Shown: piece by piece, positions 37,167-48,927 of the stretch
Position numbering within the stretch: the stretch's first letter is position 1
How the letters are laid out: the number at the start of each line of letters is the position of its first letter
Origin: an uncultured Actinomycetota bacterium
Lineage (GTDB): Bacteria > Actinomycetota > Humimicrobiia > Humimicrobiales > Humimicrobiaceae
Direction: 5' to 3'
NCBI GenBank assembly: GCA_964563645.1
Contig: CAZLXJ010000024.1
Coordinates: 72,742-136,741, forward strand
DNA: 64,000 bases
The notes under the pieces: generated by a model
The model's input: the letters and a program-made list of their open reading frames with translations, nothing else
Databases searched by the model: none
What the model was told of the DNA's origin: nothing
Position numbers and translations under genes: made by a program

Positions 37167-38747
37167 TTATGAGTCAAGCACCTTCCGGGCAGATTCAGCC
37201 TGATAGTCCATTACATATGGTATTCCCGTAACCACGGAAGCTTCCCCGGTCAGGGCTACCAGGTCACCGCGTGTCATGTATTTTAGATCGAATTTACGGG
37301 CTCCGCACATGAACTGCTTCAGTCCCTGTTCAAGCCTTTTGTAATATGAATAAAGTCCGACAGCTGCACCCGGTACATTTTCTGCTTTCTGCCCGAGTTC
37401 TTTTTTAAGGTCTGTTATTTCAACAAATACCGATTCCATATCTGTTCCGTATTTTGCAATTGATTTTGGCAATTTCCCATTATTGAGCTTTTCTGATATT
37501 GTTTTTCCCACCATACACGCTGTTATGGGAGACCTTGACATGCCTACAAGTTTAAAATACGGGGCCCCCATTGCCAGTCCCTTGAATATGTGGTCCTCCA
37601 GAGTAAAACCGCCTGCAATTGCCATATCGGGGACATACAGTCCTTTTTCTTCCATGATTTTAGCATATCTGAAAGCAATAGATTGGAGATATATTGTAGG
37701 AATTCCCCATTCATTCATCATCCTCCAGGGGCTCATTCCGGTACCTCCTCCTGCACCATCAATAGTAATCAGATCTATGCCGGCATCAGAAGAGTACCTC
37801 ATAGCCCTGGCAAGATCTTCAGGACCATAAGCACCTGTCTTTAAAAAGATATGTTTAGCCCCGGCTTTCCTGAGATGCCCGACTGAATCCATAAAATCTT
37901 CCCTTGAAGCCATTCCTATCCTGGAGTGTCTTTCGAATTCTTTAAAATCACCATGTTTGAATGCTTTCTGGACATCGGGGTCAAGCGGATCGGGAAGGAC
38001 TATGTACCCTCTTTTTTTGATCTTTAATGCACGGTCAAGGCTGTCTATTTTTATTTCCCCCCCGATATTTTTAGCACCCTGGCCCCATTTTAGCTCTACT
38101 GTTTCAACGCCAAGTTCCCTGATTGCATATTCAAGAACGCCGAATCTGGAATCCTCGACATTCGACTGCACAACGATCTCTCCATAGCCCTTTTGCTGCC
38201 AGTCTTTATAAAGCCTTACCCTTTCAGCAAGTTCTGGAGAATTGATTACCTTGCCCTGTGAATCAAATTCAGATTCGGGGTCTATTCCACAGACATTTTC
38301 ACCAATGGTGAGGATCACCCCTGATATTGCTGCACCGATAGCCAGACCTTTCCAGTTTTTTCTGGCAATATCAGTAGAGCCAAGTCCGGGTATTATCAGC
38401 GGTAGTTTCAGTTTTATATCATTGTTTTTTCCAATTGCGGTATTTAGATTAACACTGGTAAAGATTGCTTTATCACTGTCCTCTTCAATACCATAGGCTC
38501 CAAAAGCCGAACCCATTATATTTAGGTGTGAATAATCAACAGGATAATCTTTTTCCGAAGCAGCCGTTATGCTGCCGTACGGACCTGGATACATAACTTC
38601 AGCTCCCCTGTACGCTGATTTACCTATCTCACAGAGGCCCGGGCAGCCGTCTATGCACGTGGAACACATTCCGCTTGAAGGGCTTATGCTTCCGGAAAGG
38701 TTTCTTGTTCCGGTAGCGTTGGAAGCATTCACTTTTGAGTATGTCAT
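37167..38747 (-). CDS. Standalone glutamate-synthase (GltB FMN domain)-related protein with an N-terminal Cys cluster
   Basis: CSTCIDGCPGLCEIG near the N-terminus, and DGAGGGTGMSPW, an FMN/GltS-type signature. ATG 38747 follows AAGGAG. The ORF-track extension to 38825 is unlikely. Confidence 0.8.
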   Translation of the reverse strand: MTYSKVNASNATGTRNLSGSISPSSGMCSTCIDGCPGLCEIGKSAYRGAEVMYPGPYGSITAASEKDYPVDYSHLNIMGSAFGAYGIEEDSDKAIFTSVNLNTAIGKNNDIKLKLPLIIPGLGSTDIARKNWKGLAIGAAISGVILTIGENVCGIDPESEFDSQGKVINSPELAERVRLYKDWQQKGYGEIVVQSNVEDSRFGVLEYAIRELGVETVELKWGQGAKNIGGEIKIDSLDRALKIKKRGYIVLPDPLDPDVQKAFKHGDFKEFERHSRIGMASREDFMDSVGHLRKAGAKHIFLKTGAYGPEDLARAMRYSSDAGIDLITIDGAGGGTGMSPWRMMNEWGIPTIYLQSIAFRYAKIMEEKGLYVPDMAIAGGFTLEDHIFKGLAMGAPYFKLVGMSRSPITACMVGKTISEKLNNGKLPKSIAKYGTDMESVFVEITDLKKELGQKAENVPGAAVGLYSYYKRLEQGLKQFMCGARKFDLKYMTRGDLVALTGEASVVTGIPYVMDYQAESARKVLDS

Positions 38748-39030
38748 CTTATTCTCCTTAATAAATTTTTTAAAAATAATGTTTAACAAAGATTCATAAG
38801 AAAAGAAGTAAAAATAAAAAAGCACATCTTCAAAAGCCGTAGCTTCTGAAGCCTGTGCTTCATTGCAGTCAAAGACTTCTTTGTCTTATATTTAATTTTC
38901 AGTTAGTGTTATAATATAAAAAAATATTGCTGTCAATGAATAAAGTGATATTTATTGTTAATTTAAAGTTAAACTTTCTGGTTTTAAATCCATAATTTTA
39001 AATTTACCAAACATTGCGGGCCAGGGATAA

Positions 39031-41754
39031 ATGAAAAATAGAATAGTTCTTATCGACTCAAATAATATCGCCTACCGTGCTTTTTACGCCCTTCCTGATT
39101 CTATAACAACCTCTTCAGGAATGATGACGAACGCCGTGCTGGGGTTTACAAACATGTTCATGAAACTGATAGAGGATATGAAGCCTGAAGCAGTAATATG
39201 TGCATTCGACAGCAGGGGCGAAACTTTCAGGCATGAGATGTTTGAAATGTACAAGATGCACCGCAAGAAGATGCCTGACGGACTGTCAGGCCAGCTTCCC
39301 CTTATAAAAGAGGTAATGGATGCCTTCAATGTCAGTTGTATTGAAAAAGAGGGACTGGAGGCTGATGATATACTTGCGAGCATCGTCAGGGATGCAGCCA
39401 GAGAATACTCTGAAACCATTATAGTAACAGGTGATAAGGATATGCTACAGATGGTATCGGAAAGGATAAAAGTACTATCTTCAAAAAAAAGTATTACCGA
39501 TACTGTTACATATGACAGGGAAAGCGTGGAGAAGAAAATGGGGGTCAGTCCCGGAAGGGTAAGAGACCTCCTGGCCCTCATGGGTGACAGTTCTGATAAT
39601 ATTCCGGGTGTACCCGGTGTCGGACCCAGGACAGCTGTAAAGCTTATAAAGGAATTTGGAAGTCTTGAAGACATATATGATAATCTAGAGAATATTAAAA
39701 ACGAAAAAATTAAAAATATACTTATAAATAATAAAGATCTGGCTTTTGTAAGCAAAGAACTCAGTACGCTCAGGGACGATATGGATGTAGATCCGGAAAT
39801 TTTTAAGACCAGTTTCAAGGATATAGATTACGAAAGTGTAAAAGGGATTTTTGAGCGCCTTGAATTCAAGAAACTTCTGGAAAGGCTGCCAAAATACAGG
39901 GGTATGATAAATTTTAAAAAAGAAAATACCGGTAAAGAAGTAGTAAGAACCAGTGAAATAAAACCTGTCTTAATGATACCGGATGAAGGGATCAGGAACG
40001 CTATTGAGAAAAATGATAACACGGTATATATCTCTTCATTAATTAAAAATCACGAAACAGAAGGCATTATACTTTACTGCGGAGGGCCTTTCGCATACAT
40101 TGTCGATGAAAGGTTAGCCGGACGCGAAAGGTCGATAGAATCATTAAGGGAAATAATTCAGGACAGGAATATAAAAAAATCAGGAATATATCTGAAGCAG
40201 GCTATAAAATTTCTAAGAAGGTACAGCATCGTTATGGAAGGCAGGATAAATGATTTTGAAATAATGTATCTTTCACTTAATCCGGTTAAGGCGTCCGCCG
40301 ATATATCTGATATATCCAGAGATATCCTGAACATAGATATCGGGGACATTAAATACCATCAGGAGGAAGACTCTTCAGAATTAAGCAGCCCTGCTATGGA
40401 TAGCCAGATGATGTTTGCTTTTTCCGGAGAGGACCGTAGCGGGGGCCAGGGGGAAATCGATCAGGCAATGCTTAAGGGCCTGTCTGTTTTTGAAATGATG
40501 GAAAAAAGACTTCTGGATTTGATTGAAAAAAACGGGCTTGCGGATGTATACAGGAAACTGGAGGAACCGCTTACAGGAATACTGGCTGAAATTGAATTCA
40601 GGGGTGTAAGCATCGATAAAAACTACCTCAGAAGGCTTATAAAAAAATATGATATAGAAATCCAGAGATTGACAGAAGAAATATATGAATTGTGCGGGGA
40701 AAGATTCAATATTAATTCTTCCCGGCAGCTTTCAACTGTGTTGTATGAAAAATTAAAGCTCCCTGCCCTTAAAAAGACAAAAACAGGCCTCTCTACTGAT
40801 GCAGGGACATTAAAAGCTATAAATGGAACCTCTCCCGTAATAGGTAAAATACTGGAGTACAGGGAAAAAAGCAAGTTGAAGAATACATATATTGACGTGC
40901 TTCCAGGACTGATCGACGATAAGGACGGGCGCATACATACAAGCTACAATCAGATGGGAACCTCTACGGGAAGGATAAGTTCAAGCGAGCCTAATCTCCA
41001 GAATATACCTGTACGGACAGAATATGGAAGACAGATAAGAAAGGCTTTTATACCAGGGAAGGGCTATGACCTTTTAATGACGTCAGACTATTCACAGATA
41101 GAGCTAAGAATACTTGCCCACCTGTCAGGAGATGAAAACCTTATTGCTTCTTTTAACAGAAATGAAGATATCCACAGCAGGACAGCATCTGAACTATTTA
41201 ACGTAGAATATGAAAATGTTCCCGAAGACCTGAGAAGAAAAGCCAAAGCAATAAATTTCGGAATAATATACGGCATGACAGAATTCGGGCTTGCAAGCAG
41301 GCTCTCAATAAGCGGAGAGGAGGCGGCAGAATACATAAAGATGTACTTTGAAAGATATCCGGAAGTCGGCAGATACCTAAAAGAGCTTGTTGAAAGTGCC
41401 TCCAGGAAAGGTTATTCAACGACAATGTTTGGAAGAAAGAGGTATATAAGGGAACTTGGGAGCAGCAACGGGAGGCTGCGTGGTCTTGGTGAAAGATTTG
41501 CGGTTAATACTCCAATCCAGGGAAGTGCGGCAGATATTATGAAGCTTTCAACAATAAACCTGTACAGGAATCTAAAATCTGAAAATATTGACAGTAATAT
41601 CATACTTCACGTGCATGACGAGCTGGTCCTGGAACTTAAGGAAAACGACCGTGAAAAAGTAGAAAGAATTGTAAGGGATTCAATGGAAAACTGCATAGAG
41701 TTAAAGGTTAGATTAAAAGTTGATATAAAAACGGGGGAAAACTGGTATATTTAA
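39031..41754 (+). CDS. polA: DNA polymerase I
   Basis: 5' nuclease (LIDSNNIAYRAFYA, GDKDMLQ, GVPGVGPRTA). Polymerase motifs DYSQIELRILAH, INFGIIYG and HVHDELVLE. The central exo-like domain lacks an obvious DxE. Confidence 0.95.
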   Translation: MKNRIVLIDSNNIAYRAFYALPDSITTSSGMMTNAVLGFTNMFMKLIEDMKPEAVICAFDSRGETFRHEMFEMYKMHRKKMPDGLSGQLPLIKEVMDAFNVSCIEKEGLEADDILASIVRDAAREYSETIIVTGDKDMLQMVSERIKVLSSKKSITDTVTYDRESVEKKMGVSPGRVRDLLALMGDSSDNIPGVPGVGPRTAVKLIKEFGSLEDIYDNLENIKNEKIKNILINNKDLAFVSKELSTLRDDMDVDPEIFKTSFKDIDYESVKGIFERLEFKKLLERLPKYRGMINFKKENTGKEVVRTSEIKPVLMIPDEGIRNAIEKNDNTVYISSLIKNHETEGIILYCGGPFAYIVDERLAGRERSIESLREIIQDRNIKKSGIYLKQAIKFLRRYSIVMEGRINDFEIMYLSLNPVKASADISDISRDILNIDIGDIKYHQEEDSSELSSPAMDSQMMFAFSGEDRSGGQGEIDQAMLKGLSVFEMMEKRLLDLIEKNGLADVYRKLEEPLTGILAEIEFRGVSIDKNYLRRLIKKYDIEIQRLTEEIYELCGERFNINSSRQLSTVLYEKLKLPALKKTKTGLSTDAGTLKAINGTSPVIGKILEYREKSKLKNTYIDVLPGLIDDKDGRIHTSYNQMGTSTGRISSSEPNLQNIPVRTEYGRQIRKAFIPGKGYDLLMTSDYSQIELRILAHLSGDENLIASFNRNEDIHSRTASELFNVEYENVPEDLRRKAKAINFGIIYGMTEFGLASRLSISGEEAAEYIKMYFERYPEVGRYLKELVESASRKGYSTTMFGRKRYIRELGSSNGRLRGLGERFAVNTPIQGSAADIMKLSTINLYRNLKSENIDSNIILHVHDELVLELKENDREKVERIVRDSMENCIELKVRLKVDIKTGENWYI

Positions 41755-41849
41755 AAATATTTAAAAAATTTTTAAAATATTGATAATTATTAACTTGCAT
41801 GCTATTCTTTTTGTTTATGTTAAAGGAAAGGGAGGTAAACCAAAAAAGT

Positions 41850-43241
41850 ATGGTGGAAAATAATATTAATATCAAACTGACTGATGAAAATTATATGGTT
41901 AAGAATGAAAAGGGGGAGATGGTTCCCAATTATGATATTACCATGGTTAGCTTTAAGGATGGGGATATCATAAAGGGCCGCGTTGTAAAAATAGAAAAAG
42001 ACGAGGTCCTTGTAGATATAGGTTTCAAATCGGAAGGGGTGATACCCTTAAATGAGATTTCGATCAGGAACAGCATAAAACCGGAGGATGTACTCAAGGT
42101 CGATGATGAGATCGATATTATAGTCCTGCAGAAAGAAGACCAGGATGGAAGGTGCATCCTTTCCAAAAAAAGAGCAGAAATGGAAAAGAATTTTGACAGG
42201 ATAGAAAAGATATATGAGAACAATGAAACCATCGAAGGCGAAATAATCGAAAGCGTAAAAGGCGGTCTTATAGTCGATATAGGGCTGAGGGGCTTCCTTC
42301 CTGCATCATTGATTGATGTAAGGAAGACAAAAGACCTTGATTCCTATATAGGAGAGAAGTGCACTTGCAGGATCATTGAGGTTGACAGGAACAGGAATAA
42401 CGTGGTTCTTTCAAGGAAGGCTATAATAGAAGGCGAGAGAAGGGAACAGAGAAAAGAGATAATGGGAAATATGGAAGTCGGTCAGATAAGAGAAGGAGTA
42501 ATAACAAGCATAGCCGATTTCGGAGCTTTTGTAGATGTAGGCGGTGTTGACGGGCTGGTCCATATTTCAGAGCTTTCGTGGAATCATGTAAAGCATCCGT
42601 CTGAAGTAGTCGAAGTAAACCAGAAAGTTGATGTAGAAATACTTGATATAGACTATGAAAAGCAGAGGCTCTCACTTGGATTAAAGCAGACACAGAAAGA
42701 TCCGTGGATGGAGAAGATAAAGAAATATTCAAAGAACGATATTGTAAACGGAAAGGTTACAAGGATAGTAAAATTCGGACTATTCGTTCAGATAGAAGAA
42801 GGCCTGGAGGGACTTGTACATATTTCAGAATTATCAGAGGAACCTGTCAGAAGACCAAGTGATGTTGCAAAGATAGGAGATGAGCTGATAATCAGGATAA
42901 TAGATATAGATTTTGATAAAAGGCGTATGGCTTTCAGCGTGAAACAGGTAGAAAACCCGGTAGAAGAAAGAGAAGAAGAAACTAAGGAACCGGAAGAGGA
43001 AAGCAAAAAGAAAGAAAATGAGGAGTCCGGGGAAAAGGGATCCGGAACAGGAAAAAAGGAAGATTTAAAATCCGGAAAACCTGTGCAAAAAAAAGCTGAA
43101 GGGAAAGCTTCGGAAACATCCGGCACTTCAGATGAAGATAAGGAAGATAATCCTGAAGGCAGCACTGCTCCCGATAACGAAAAAGAGAAGCAGATCAAAG
43201 AGATCCTGAGGGAACTTAAAGACGAAGCCAACCTTGATTGA
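41850..43241 (+). CDS. rpsA: 30S ribosomal protein S1 (four S1 repeats) with an acidic/Lys-rich C-terminal tail
   Basis: Repeated G.V..I...G..VD.G...G..H.SE units. The ORF track starts at 41799; ATG 41850 lies downstream of GGGAGG. Confidence 0.85.
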   Translation: MVENNINIKLTDENYMVKNEKGEMVPNYDITMVSFKDGDIIKGRVVKIEKDEVLVDIGFKSEGVIPLNEISIRNSIKPEDVLKVDDEIDIIVLQKEDQDGRCILSKKRAEMEKNFDRIEKIYENNETIEGEIIESVKGGLIVDIGLRGFLPASLIDVRKTKDLDSYIGEKCTCRIIEVDRNRNNVVLSRKAIIEGERREQRKEIMGNMEVGQIREGVITSIADFGAFVDVGGVDGLVHISELSWNHVKHPSEVVEVNQKVDVEILDIDYEKQRLSLGLKQTQKDPWMEKIKKYSKNDIVNGKVTRIVKFGLFVQIEEGLEGLVHISELSEEPVRRPSDVAKIGDELIIRIIDIDFDKRRMAFSVKQVENPVEEREEETKEPEEESKKKENEESGEKGSGTGKKEDLKSGKPVQKKAEGKASETSGTSDEDKEDNPEGSTAPDNEKEKQIKEILRELKDEANLD

Positions 43242-43287
43242 GCGGATCCTACCCTTAATCTAAATAAAATCAATTATAATAGTATCT

Positions 43288-43330
43288 CCTGTACGCCGGC
43301 CGGGCTGGCCTGGCCGGTGCAGGTTATTGA
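43288..43330 (+). terminator. GC-rich intrinsic terminator after rpsA
   Basis: CCTGTAC(gc)CGGCC-10 nt loop-GGCCGGTGCAGG (12 bp, 2-nt bulge) followed by TTATTGA. Confidence 0.5.
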
Positions 43331-43414
43331 TATATTATCCGTATTTTCCAGCATTAAAAAATTTCCAGCATGTTTTTTGGCGGTCAAAAGGATTAAAATA
43401 CGGAGTCTGTCATA

Positions 43415-44044
43415 ATGGAGGGAGTTGGGATTATTAGCATTATTGGAATAACAGGTGTTATATCTTCAGGTAAAAGCACTGTAGCGGATTTTTTAAAAAA
43501 GTCCGGCGGCAACATAAAGATTATCGATGTTGATGAAACTGCGAAAAGCCTGTATGGGAAATATCCTGAGATAAAATTAAAAGTTAAAAGAGTTTTCGGT
43601 AAGGACATTTTCGATAAAAAAAATAATATTATTTTTACAAAGCTTGCGGAGAGAGTATTCTCAAAAGAAGAAGACTTGATGAAATTAAACCGCATCATGT
43701 TTCCATATATCAGAAAAGAGATAAAAAAGCTTATAGGGTCTGCCGGTGATTATAACCATGTAATCATAGATGCTGCTGTATTGTTTGGGGCAAAGCTTGA
43801 TCTTCTGTGTGATTATATAATACTTGTGGATTCGGATAAGGAGAAAAGAAAAAAATTCTTAAAAAATAAAAATCTAAGCGATGATGAGATAGAACTGAGG
43901 ATAAGGGGCCAGCATATAAAAATAAATAATGGAAGGGTAGACTATACCATAATAAACAGCGGAGATGAAAAAAGATTGCATGAGAAGGCCTGCAGTATAA
44001 TAAGTGATATAGATAAAAGAGAAAAAAATAAGGATGCAAAATAA
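43415..44044 (+). CDS. coaE: Dephospho-CoA kinase
   Basis: [20 protein letters not shown]-loop; about 200 aa. Confidence 0.85.
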   Translation: MEGVGIISIIGITGVISSGKSTVADFLKKSGGNIKIIDVDETAKSLYGKYPEIKLKVKRVFGKDIFDKKNNIIFTKLAERVFSKEEDLMKLNRIMFPYIRKEIKKLIGSAGDYNHVIIDAAVLFGAKLDLLCDYIILVDSDKEKRKKFLKNKNLSDDEIELRIRGQHIKINNGRVDYTIINSGDEKRLHEKACSIISDIDKREKNKDAK

Positions 44045-46118
44045 TAACAGATTTAAATTAGTATCAAATTATTCTCCGCGGGGCGATCAAAATAAGGCAA
44101 TAGAAAAACTTACGGAAGGCTTGAAAAGAAATTATAAATATCAGAGCCTCCTGGGAGTAACAGGTTCCGGGAAAACCTATACAATAGCAAATGTTATACA
44201 GAACATCCAGCTTCCCACACTTGTACTTGCTCCTAATAAAACCCTTGCAGCCCAGTTGTGCAACGAATTCAGGGATTTTTTTCCCAATAATGCAGTAGAA
44301 TATTTTGTAAGCTACTACGATTATTATCAGCCAGAGGCATATCTTCCGGGAAAGGATATTTATATTGAAAAGGACACTTCAATAAACGAAGACATAGAAA
44401 AATTGAGGCTGTCCACCACAAATTCGCTATACACCAGGGATGATGTGATAGTCGTAGCAAGCGTATCATGCATATATGGTCTTGGTTCGCCTTCAGAGTA
44501 TGAGAAGCAGCGGATAGTTTTAAGGGCAGGGCAGGATTCTAACAGGGAAGAACTTATAAGAAAACTTGTAAACATCCGTTATGAAAGAAATGAATATGAT
44601 TTTTCAAATGGCAAATTCAGAGTTAGGGGAGATATACTGGAGGTATATCCTGCATATCAGGACAGGGCGGTAAGGATACAGTTATTTGGCGATGAAATAG
44701 AAAAAATCGAGGAATTTAATCCTGTATCGGGAGAAATATTTGAAAAAAATGATGTATATATAATATCTCCCGCAACACATTTTCTTGCTACTGTAGAGTG
44801 GGTTGAGAGAGCCCTTGGAACAATTGAAGAAGAATTAAAAGAAAGGGTAAAATATTTTAAAGAAAAAGGTAAGCTCCTGGAAGCCCAGCGTATAGAATCG
44901 CGCACAAGATATGATATGGAGATGATAGCGGAGCTTGGCTTTTGCAGCGGGATAGAGAATTACTCGCGTCACATAACAGGCAAGAGGCCCGGGGAAGCTC
45001 CCAGCACATTAATTGATTTTTTCCCTGACGATTTTATGGTGGTTATGGATGAATCGCATATAGGGGTACCGCAGATAAGGGGAATGTATGAAGGCGACCG
45101 TTCAAGGAAACAGACACTTGTGGATTACGGTTTCCGGCTGCCTTCGGCCCTGGATAACCGGCCGCTTAAGTTTCCGGAGTTTGAAGAGAAGGTAAAAAGG
45201 GTTATCTTTACCTCGGCCACTCCCGGGCTCTACGAGAGAAACATAAGCAGCCAGGTGGTGGAGCAGATAATAAGGCCTACAGGGCTGGTAGATCCTGAAG
45301 TGATTGTCAGGCCGACAGAGGGCCAGATAGATGATCTGATAGGAGAGATAAGGAAAATAGTAAAAAGAGGTGAAAGGGTATTAATAACAACTCTTACAAA
45401 AAGAATGGCAGAAGACCTTACCGACTATATTTCAGGGCATAATATAAAGGCCCGTTATCTGCATTCGAACATAGATACGCTTGAGAGGATAGAAATATTG
45501 CGTGATCTAAGGTCCGGAGAATTTGATGTGCTTGTAGGGATAAATCTGTTGAGGGAGGGCCTTGACCTTCCCGAAGTATCGCTGGTGGCGATACTGGATG
45601 CCGATAAAGAAGGATTTTTAAGATCAGGGATATCACTTATACAGACTATAGGGAGGGCGGCAAGAAATATAAACGGCAGAGTAATAATGTATGCGGATAA
45701 TATTACAGGATCAATAAAAAATGCCGTGGATGAGACAGAAAGAAGAAGGAAGATACAGGTAGAATTCAATGATAAGAATAATATTGTCCCCAGGTCAATA
45801 AGCAAGGCAATTTCAGATATACTGTATGAGAGAGGAGTAAGGCCTGTTCAAAAATCTCCGGGGAAGAAAGATAATGGTAAGGTAAGCGATGGGAGACTTA
45901 CTGAAAGCAGAATACTAAAAATGGACCCCTCGAACGTTTTTAGTATCATTTCAGGGCTCGAGGAAAAGATGTATTTAGAGGCCAGGGAATTAAATTTTGA
46001 AAAGGCAGCTGTAATAAGAGACGAAATAAAAAGGATAAAAAAGATTACTAATATTCAAACGCCGGGTATAAGAAAAGATGAAGGAAGAAATATATATAAA
46101 AGGCGCAAGAGAGCATAA
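44034..46118 (+). CDS. uvrB: Excinuclease ABC subunit B
   Basis: [25 protein letters not shown], and a C-terminal UVR motif ([17 protein letters not shown]). Confidence 0.95.
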   Translation: MQNNNRFKLVSNYSPRGDQNKAIEKLTEGLKRNYKYQSLLGVTGSGKTYTIANVIQNIQLPTLVLAPNKTLAAQLCNEFRDFFPNNAVEYFVSYYDYYQPEAYLPGKDIYIEKDTSINEDIEKLRLSTTNSLYTRDDVIVVASVSCIYGLGSPSEYEKQRIVLRAGQDSNREELIRKLVNIRYERNEYDFSNGKFRVRGDILEVYPAYQDRAVRIQLFGDEIEKIEEFNPVSGEIFEKNDVYIISPATHFLATVEWVERALGTIEEELKERVKYFKEKGKLLEAQRIESRTRYDMEMIAELGFCSGIENYSRHITGKRPGEAPSTLIDFFPDDFMVVMDESHIGVPQIRGMYEGDRSRKQTLVDYGFRLPSALDNRPLKFPEFEEKVKRVIFTSATPGLYERNISSQVVEQIIRPTGLVDPEVIVRPTEGQIDDLIGEIRKIVKRGERVLITTLTKRMAEDLTDYISGHNIKARYLHSNIDTLERIEILRDLRSGEFDVLVGINLLREGLDLPEVSLVAILDADKEGFLRSGISLIQTIGRAARNINGRVIMYADNITGSIKNAVDETERRRKIQVEFNDKNNIVPRSISKAISDILYERGVRPVQKSPGKKDNGKVSDGRLTESRILKMDPSNVFSIISGLEEKMYLEARELNFEKAAVIRDEIKRIKKITNIQTPGIRKDEGRNIYKRRKRA

Positions 46119-48927
46119 CCTTAACAATATAAGCCTCAGGATCCCCAGGAACAGTTTAATAGTTTTTACCGGTGTCAGCGGCTCCGGCAAGTCTTCACTT
46201 GCCTTTGATACTATTTACGCAGAGGGTCAGAGAAGGTATGTTGAATCGCTATCTTCCTATGCAAGGCAGTTTCTGGGACAGATGGAAAAACCGGATGTCG
46301 ATTTGATAGAAGGGCTTTCACCGGCTGTTTCTATAAATCAGAAGGGAGTTTCCAAAAATCCGCGTTCTACAGTGGGTACTATCACTGAAGTATATGATTA
46401 TTTAAGGGTCCTTTATGCAAGAATCGGGATACCTTACTGCTATATTTGCGGAAAGCCGATAACCAGGCAGACTGTAGACCAGATTGTGGACAGGATAATG
46501 GAGCTGGCTCCAGGCACTAAATTCCAGATCCTATCTCCGATTATACGCGGAAGGAAGGGGGAATACGGCAGGACATTTGAGAATATTTATAAAAACGGCT
46601 TCATAAGGGTAAGAGTGGACGGAACCGTCTATGAACTTGGAGAAGATTTTGATCTGAAACTGGATAAAAATATTAAGCATAATATCGAGATAATAGTAGA
46701 CAGGCTCAAGATGGGCCATGATATAAGGAAAAGACTGGCAGAGGACATAGAGATATCGCTTAAGGAAAGCGGGGGTATTGCATACATGCAATTATCTGAT
46801 AATGGAGAAATAATCAGTTTTTCAGAGAATTTTTCCTGTGTCGACTGCGGTATCAGCTATGAAGAGCTGACCCCCCGGATGTTTTCTTTCAATAGTCCCT
46901 ATGGGGCCTGTGAGGAATGCGGCGGTCTCGGAATAAGCAAAGTAGTTGATCCGGGCCTTTTAGTTGAGAAACCAGAACTAAGCATAATGGATGGAGCCAT
47001 TCCCTTTTTTAGTATGAACTATTCAAACTATTACTCGCAATTGATAAGGAGCCTTGCAGAAGAATATGATTTTGACCTGAGTACACCATTCAGGGATCTT
47101 GATGAGGGGGTAAAGAAGATAATCCTTTACGGTACAGGCGGTAAGAGGATAAAAGTCAGATACAGAAACCACAGGGGCCAGATAAGGTTCTATTATATTA
47201 AATTTGAAGGGCTTGCCAGTAACCTGAGCCGGATGTATATTGAAACTGAGTCTGATTACAAGAGGAGCAAGATAGAAAAAATTATAGCAAATACTCCGTG
47301 TCCGGGCTGTCACGGTAAAAGGTTAAAAAAAGAGAGTCTTGCGGTAAAGGTAAACGGACTTTCTATTGCTGATTTTTGTGAAATGACTATTGAAGAAAAT
47401 ATTGACTGGTTGAATAAGATAAATCTTTCCGAAAGGGAGATGCTTATAGGCAGGGGCCTGATAAAGGAAATAATTGAAAGGCTGAAATTTCTAAAGGATG
47501 TCGGGCTGGGCTATCTTACCCTGGAGAGAAAATCCAGCACGCTTTCAGGAGGAGAATCACAGAGGATAAGACTGGCTACGCAGATAGGATCCGGTCTGGT
47601 GGGTGTCCTCTATATACTTGACGAACCAAGTATTGGTCTTCATCAGAGAGATAACTCAAAATTGATAGATGCCCTGAAGAGATTAAGGGACCTTGGCAAT
47701 ACTATAATTGTAATAGAACATGATGAAGAAACCATTAGAAAATCAGATCATATAGTGGACATAGGCCCGGGTGCCGGGATACATGGGGGGAGAATAGTAT
47801 TTAACGGCCGCCTTGAAGATATTTATGATTGCAGCACTTCAATAACGGGCGAGTACCTTAAGGGAACAAAATTTATTCCTGTTCCTGAAAAAAGAAGAAA
47901 AGGTAATGGGAGGAGGATAACGGTAAAAGGAGCGCGAGAGCATAATCTAAAGAATATTGATGTTGATATAGAACTGGGAAAGATCATAGCTGTTACGGGA
48001 GTCTCCGGATCAGGTAAAAGCACGCTTGTAAATGAAATACTCTACCCTTCTCTTTCAAATAAGCTTATGAGATCCCATATGTATGCCGGGGAGCATGACG
48101 GTATTCTGAATGCTGAAAATCTGGACAAAGTGATTGTTATAGACCAGTCCCCGATCGGAAGGACCCCACGCTCAAATCCTGCGACATATACGGGGGTATT
48201 TACCTATATAAGAGAATTATTTTCAAAGACACATGATGCCAGGTTGAGGGGGTATAAACCGGGAAGGTTCAGCTTTAATGTAAAAGGAGGCAGGTGCGAA
48301 TACTGTAATGGTGATGGAATGATAAAAATAGAGATGCACTTTCTGCCTGATATATATGTTCCATGCGAAGTCTGCAAGGGAAAAAGATTTAAAAGGGATA
48401 CCCTGGAAATAAAATATAAAGGTAAAAATATTGATGACGTTCTGAATATGACCGTGGAGGAAGCCCTGTCATTTTTTGGGAATATACCAAGAATAAGAAA
48501 TAAGCTGGAGCTGATAAACGATGTTGGTCTTGGTTATATAAAGCTTGGCCAGCCATCGACAACATTATCCGGAGGAGAAGCACAGAGGGTAAAATTATCA
48601 ACAGAACTGTCTAAAAGAAGCACAGGTAATACACTTTACCTTCTTGATGAACCGACTACAGGGCTTCATTTTGATGATATTAAAAAGCTGCTCAAGATTC
48701 TTAACAGACTGGTGGATGCAGGCAATACGGTTCTTGTGATAGAACATAATATGGAAGTAATAAAGGCTGCAGATTACATAATAGACCTTGGGCCGGAAGG
48801 CGGGAATAAGGGCGGGATGGTCATAGCCCGGGGCACTCCAGAGGAAATCAGTAATATGGATTATTCATACACGGGAAGGTTCTTAAAAAGATACCTGACG
48901 GACCACAGGCTAACTGTAAAAGTATGA
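46078..48927 (+). CDS. uvrA: Excinuclease ABC subunit A
   Basis: [14 protein letters not shown], two ABC modules ([10 protein letters not shown] / [10 protein letters not shown]; LSGGESQR / LSGGEAQR), and CxxC zinc modules. Confidence 0.95.
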   Translation: MKEEIYIKGAREHNLNNISLRIPRNSLIVFTGVSGSGKSSLAFDTIYAEGQRRYVESLSSYARQFLGQMEKPDVDLIEGLSPAVSINQKGVSKNPRSTVGTITEVYDYLRVLYARIGIPYCYICGKPITRQTVDQIVDRIMELAPGTKFQILSPIIRGRKGEYGRTFENIYKNGFIRVRVDGTVYELGEDFDLKLDKNIKHNIEIIVDRLKMGHDIRKRLAEDIEISLKESGGIAYMQLSDNGEIISFSENFSCVDCGISYEELTPRMFSFNSPYGACEECGGLGISKVVDPGLLVEKPELSIMDGAIPFFSMNYSNYYSQLIRSLAEEYDFDLSTPFRDLDEGVKKIILYGTGGKRIKVRYRNHRGQIRFYYIKFEGLASNLSRMYIETESDYKRSKIEKIIANTPCPGCHGKRLKKESLAVKVNGLSIADFCEMTIEENIDWLNKINLSEREMLIGRGLIKEIIERLKFLKDVGLGYLTLERKSSTLSGGESQRIRLATQIGSGLVGVLYILDEPSIGLHQRDNSKLIDALKRLRDLGNTIIVIEHDEETIRKSDHIVDIGPGAGIHGGRIVFNGRLEDIYDCSTSITGEYLKGTKFIPVPEKRRKGNGRRITVKGAREHNLKNIDVDIELGKIIAVTGVSGSGKSTLVNEILYPSLSNKLMRSHMYAGEHDGILNAENLDKVIVIDQSPIGRTPRSNPATYTGVFTYIRELFSKTHDARLRGYKPGRFSFNVKGGRCEYCNGDGMIKIEMHFLPDIYVPCEVCKGKRFKRDTLEIKYKGKNIDDVLNMTVEEALSFFGNIPRIRNKLELINDVGLGYIKLGQPSTTLSGGEAQRVKLSTELSKRSTGNTLYLLDEPTTGLHFDDIKKLLKILNRLVDAGNTVLVIEHNMEVIKAADYIIDLGPEGGNKGGMVIARGTPEEISNMDYSYTGRFLKRYLTDHRLTVKV

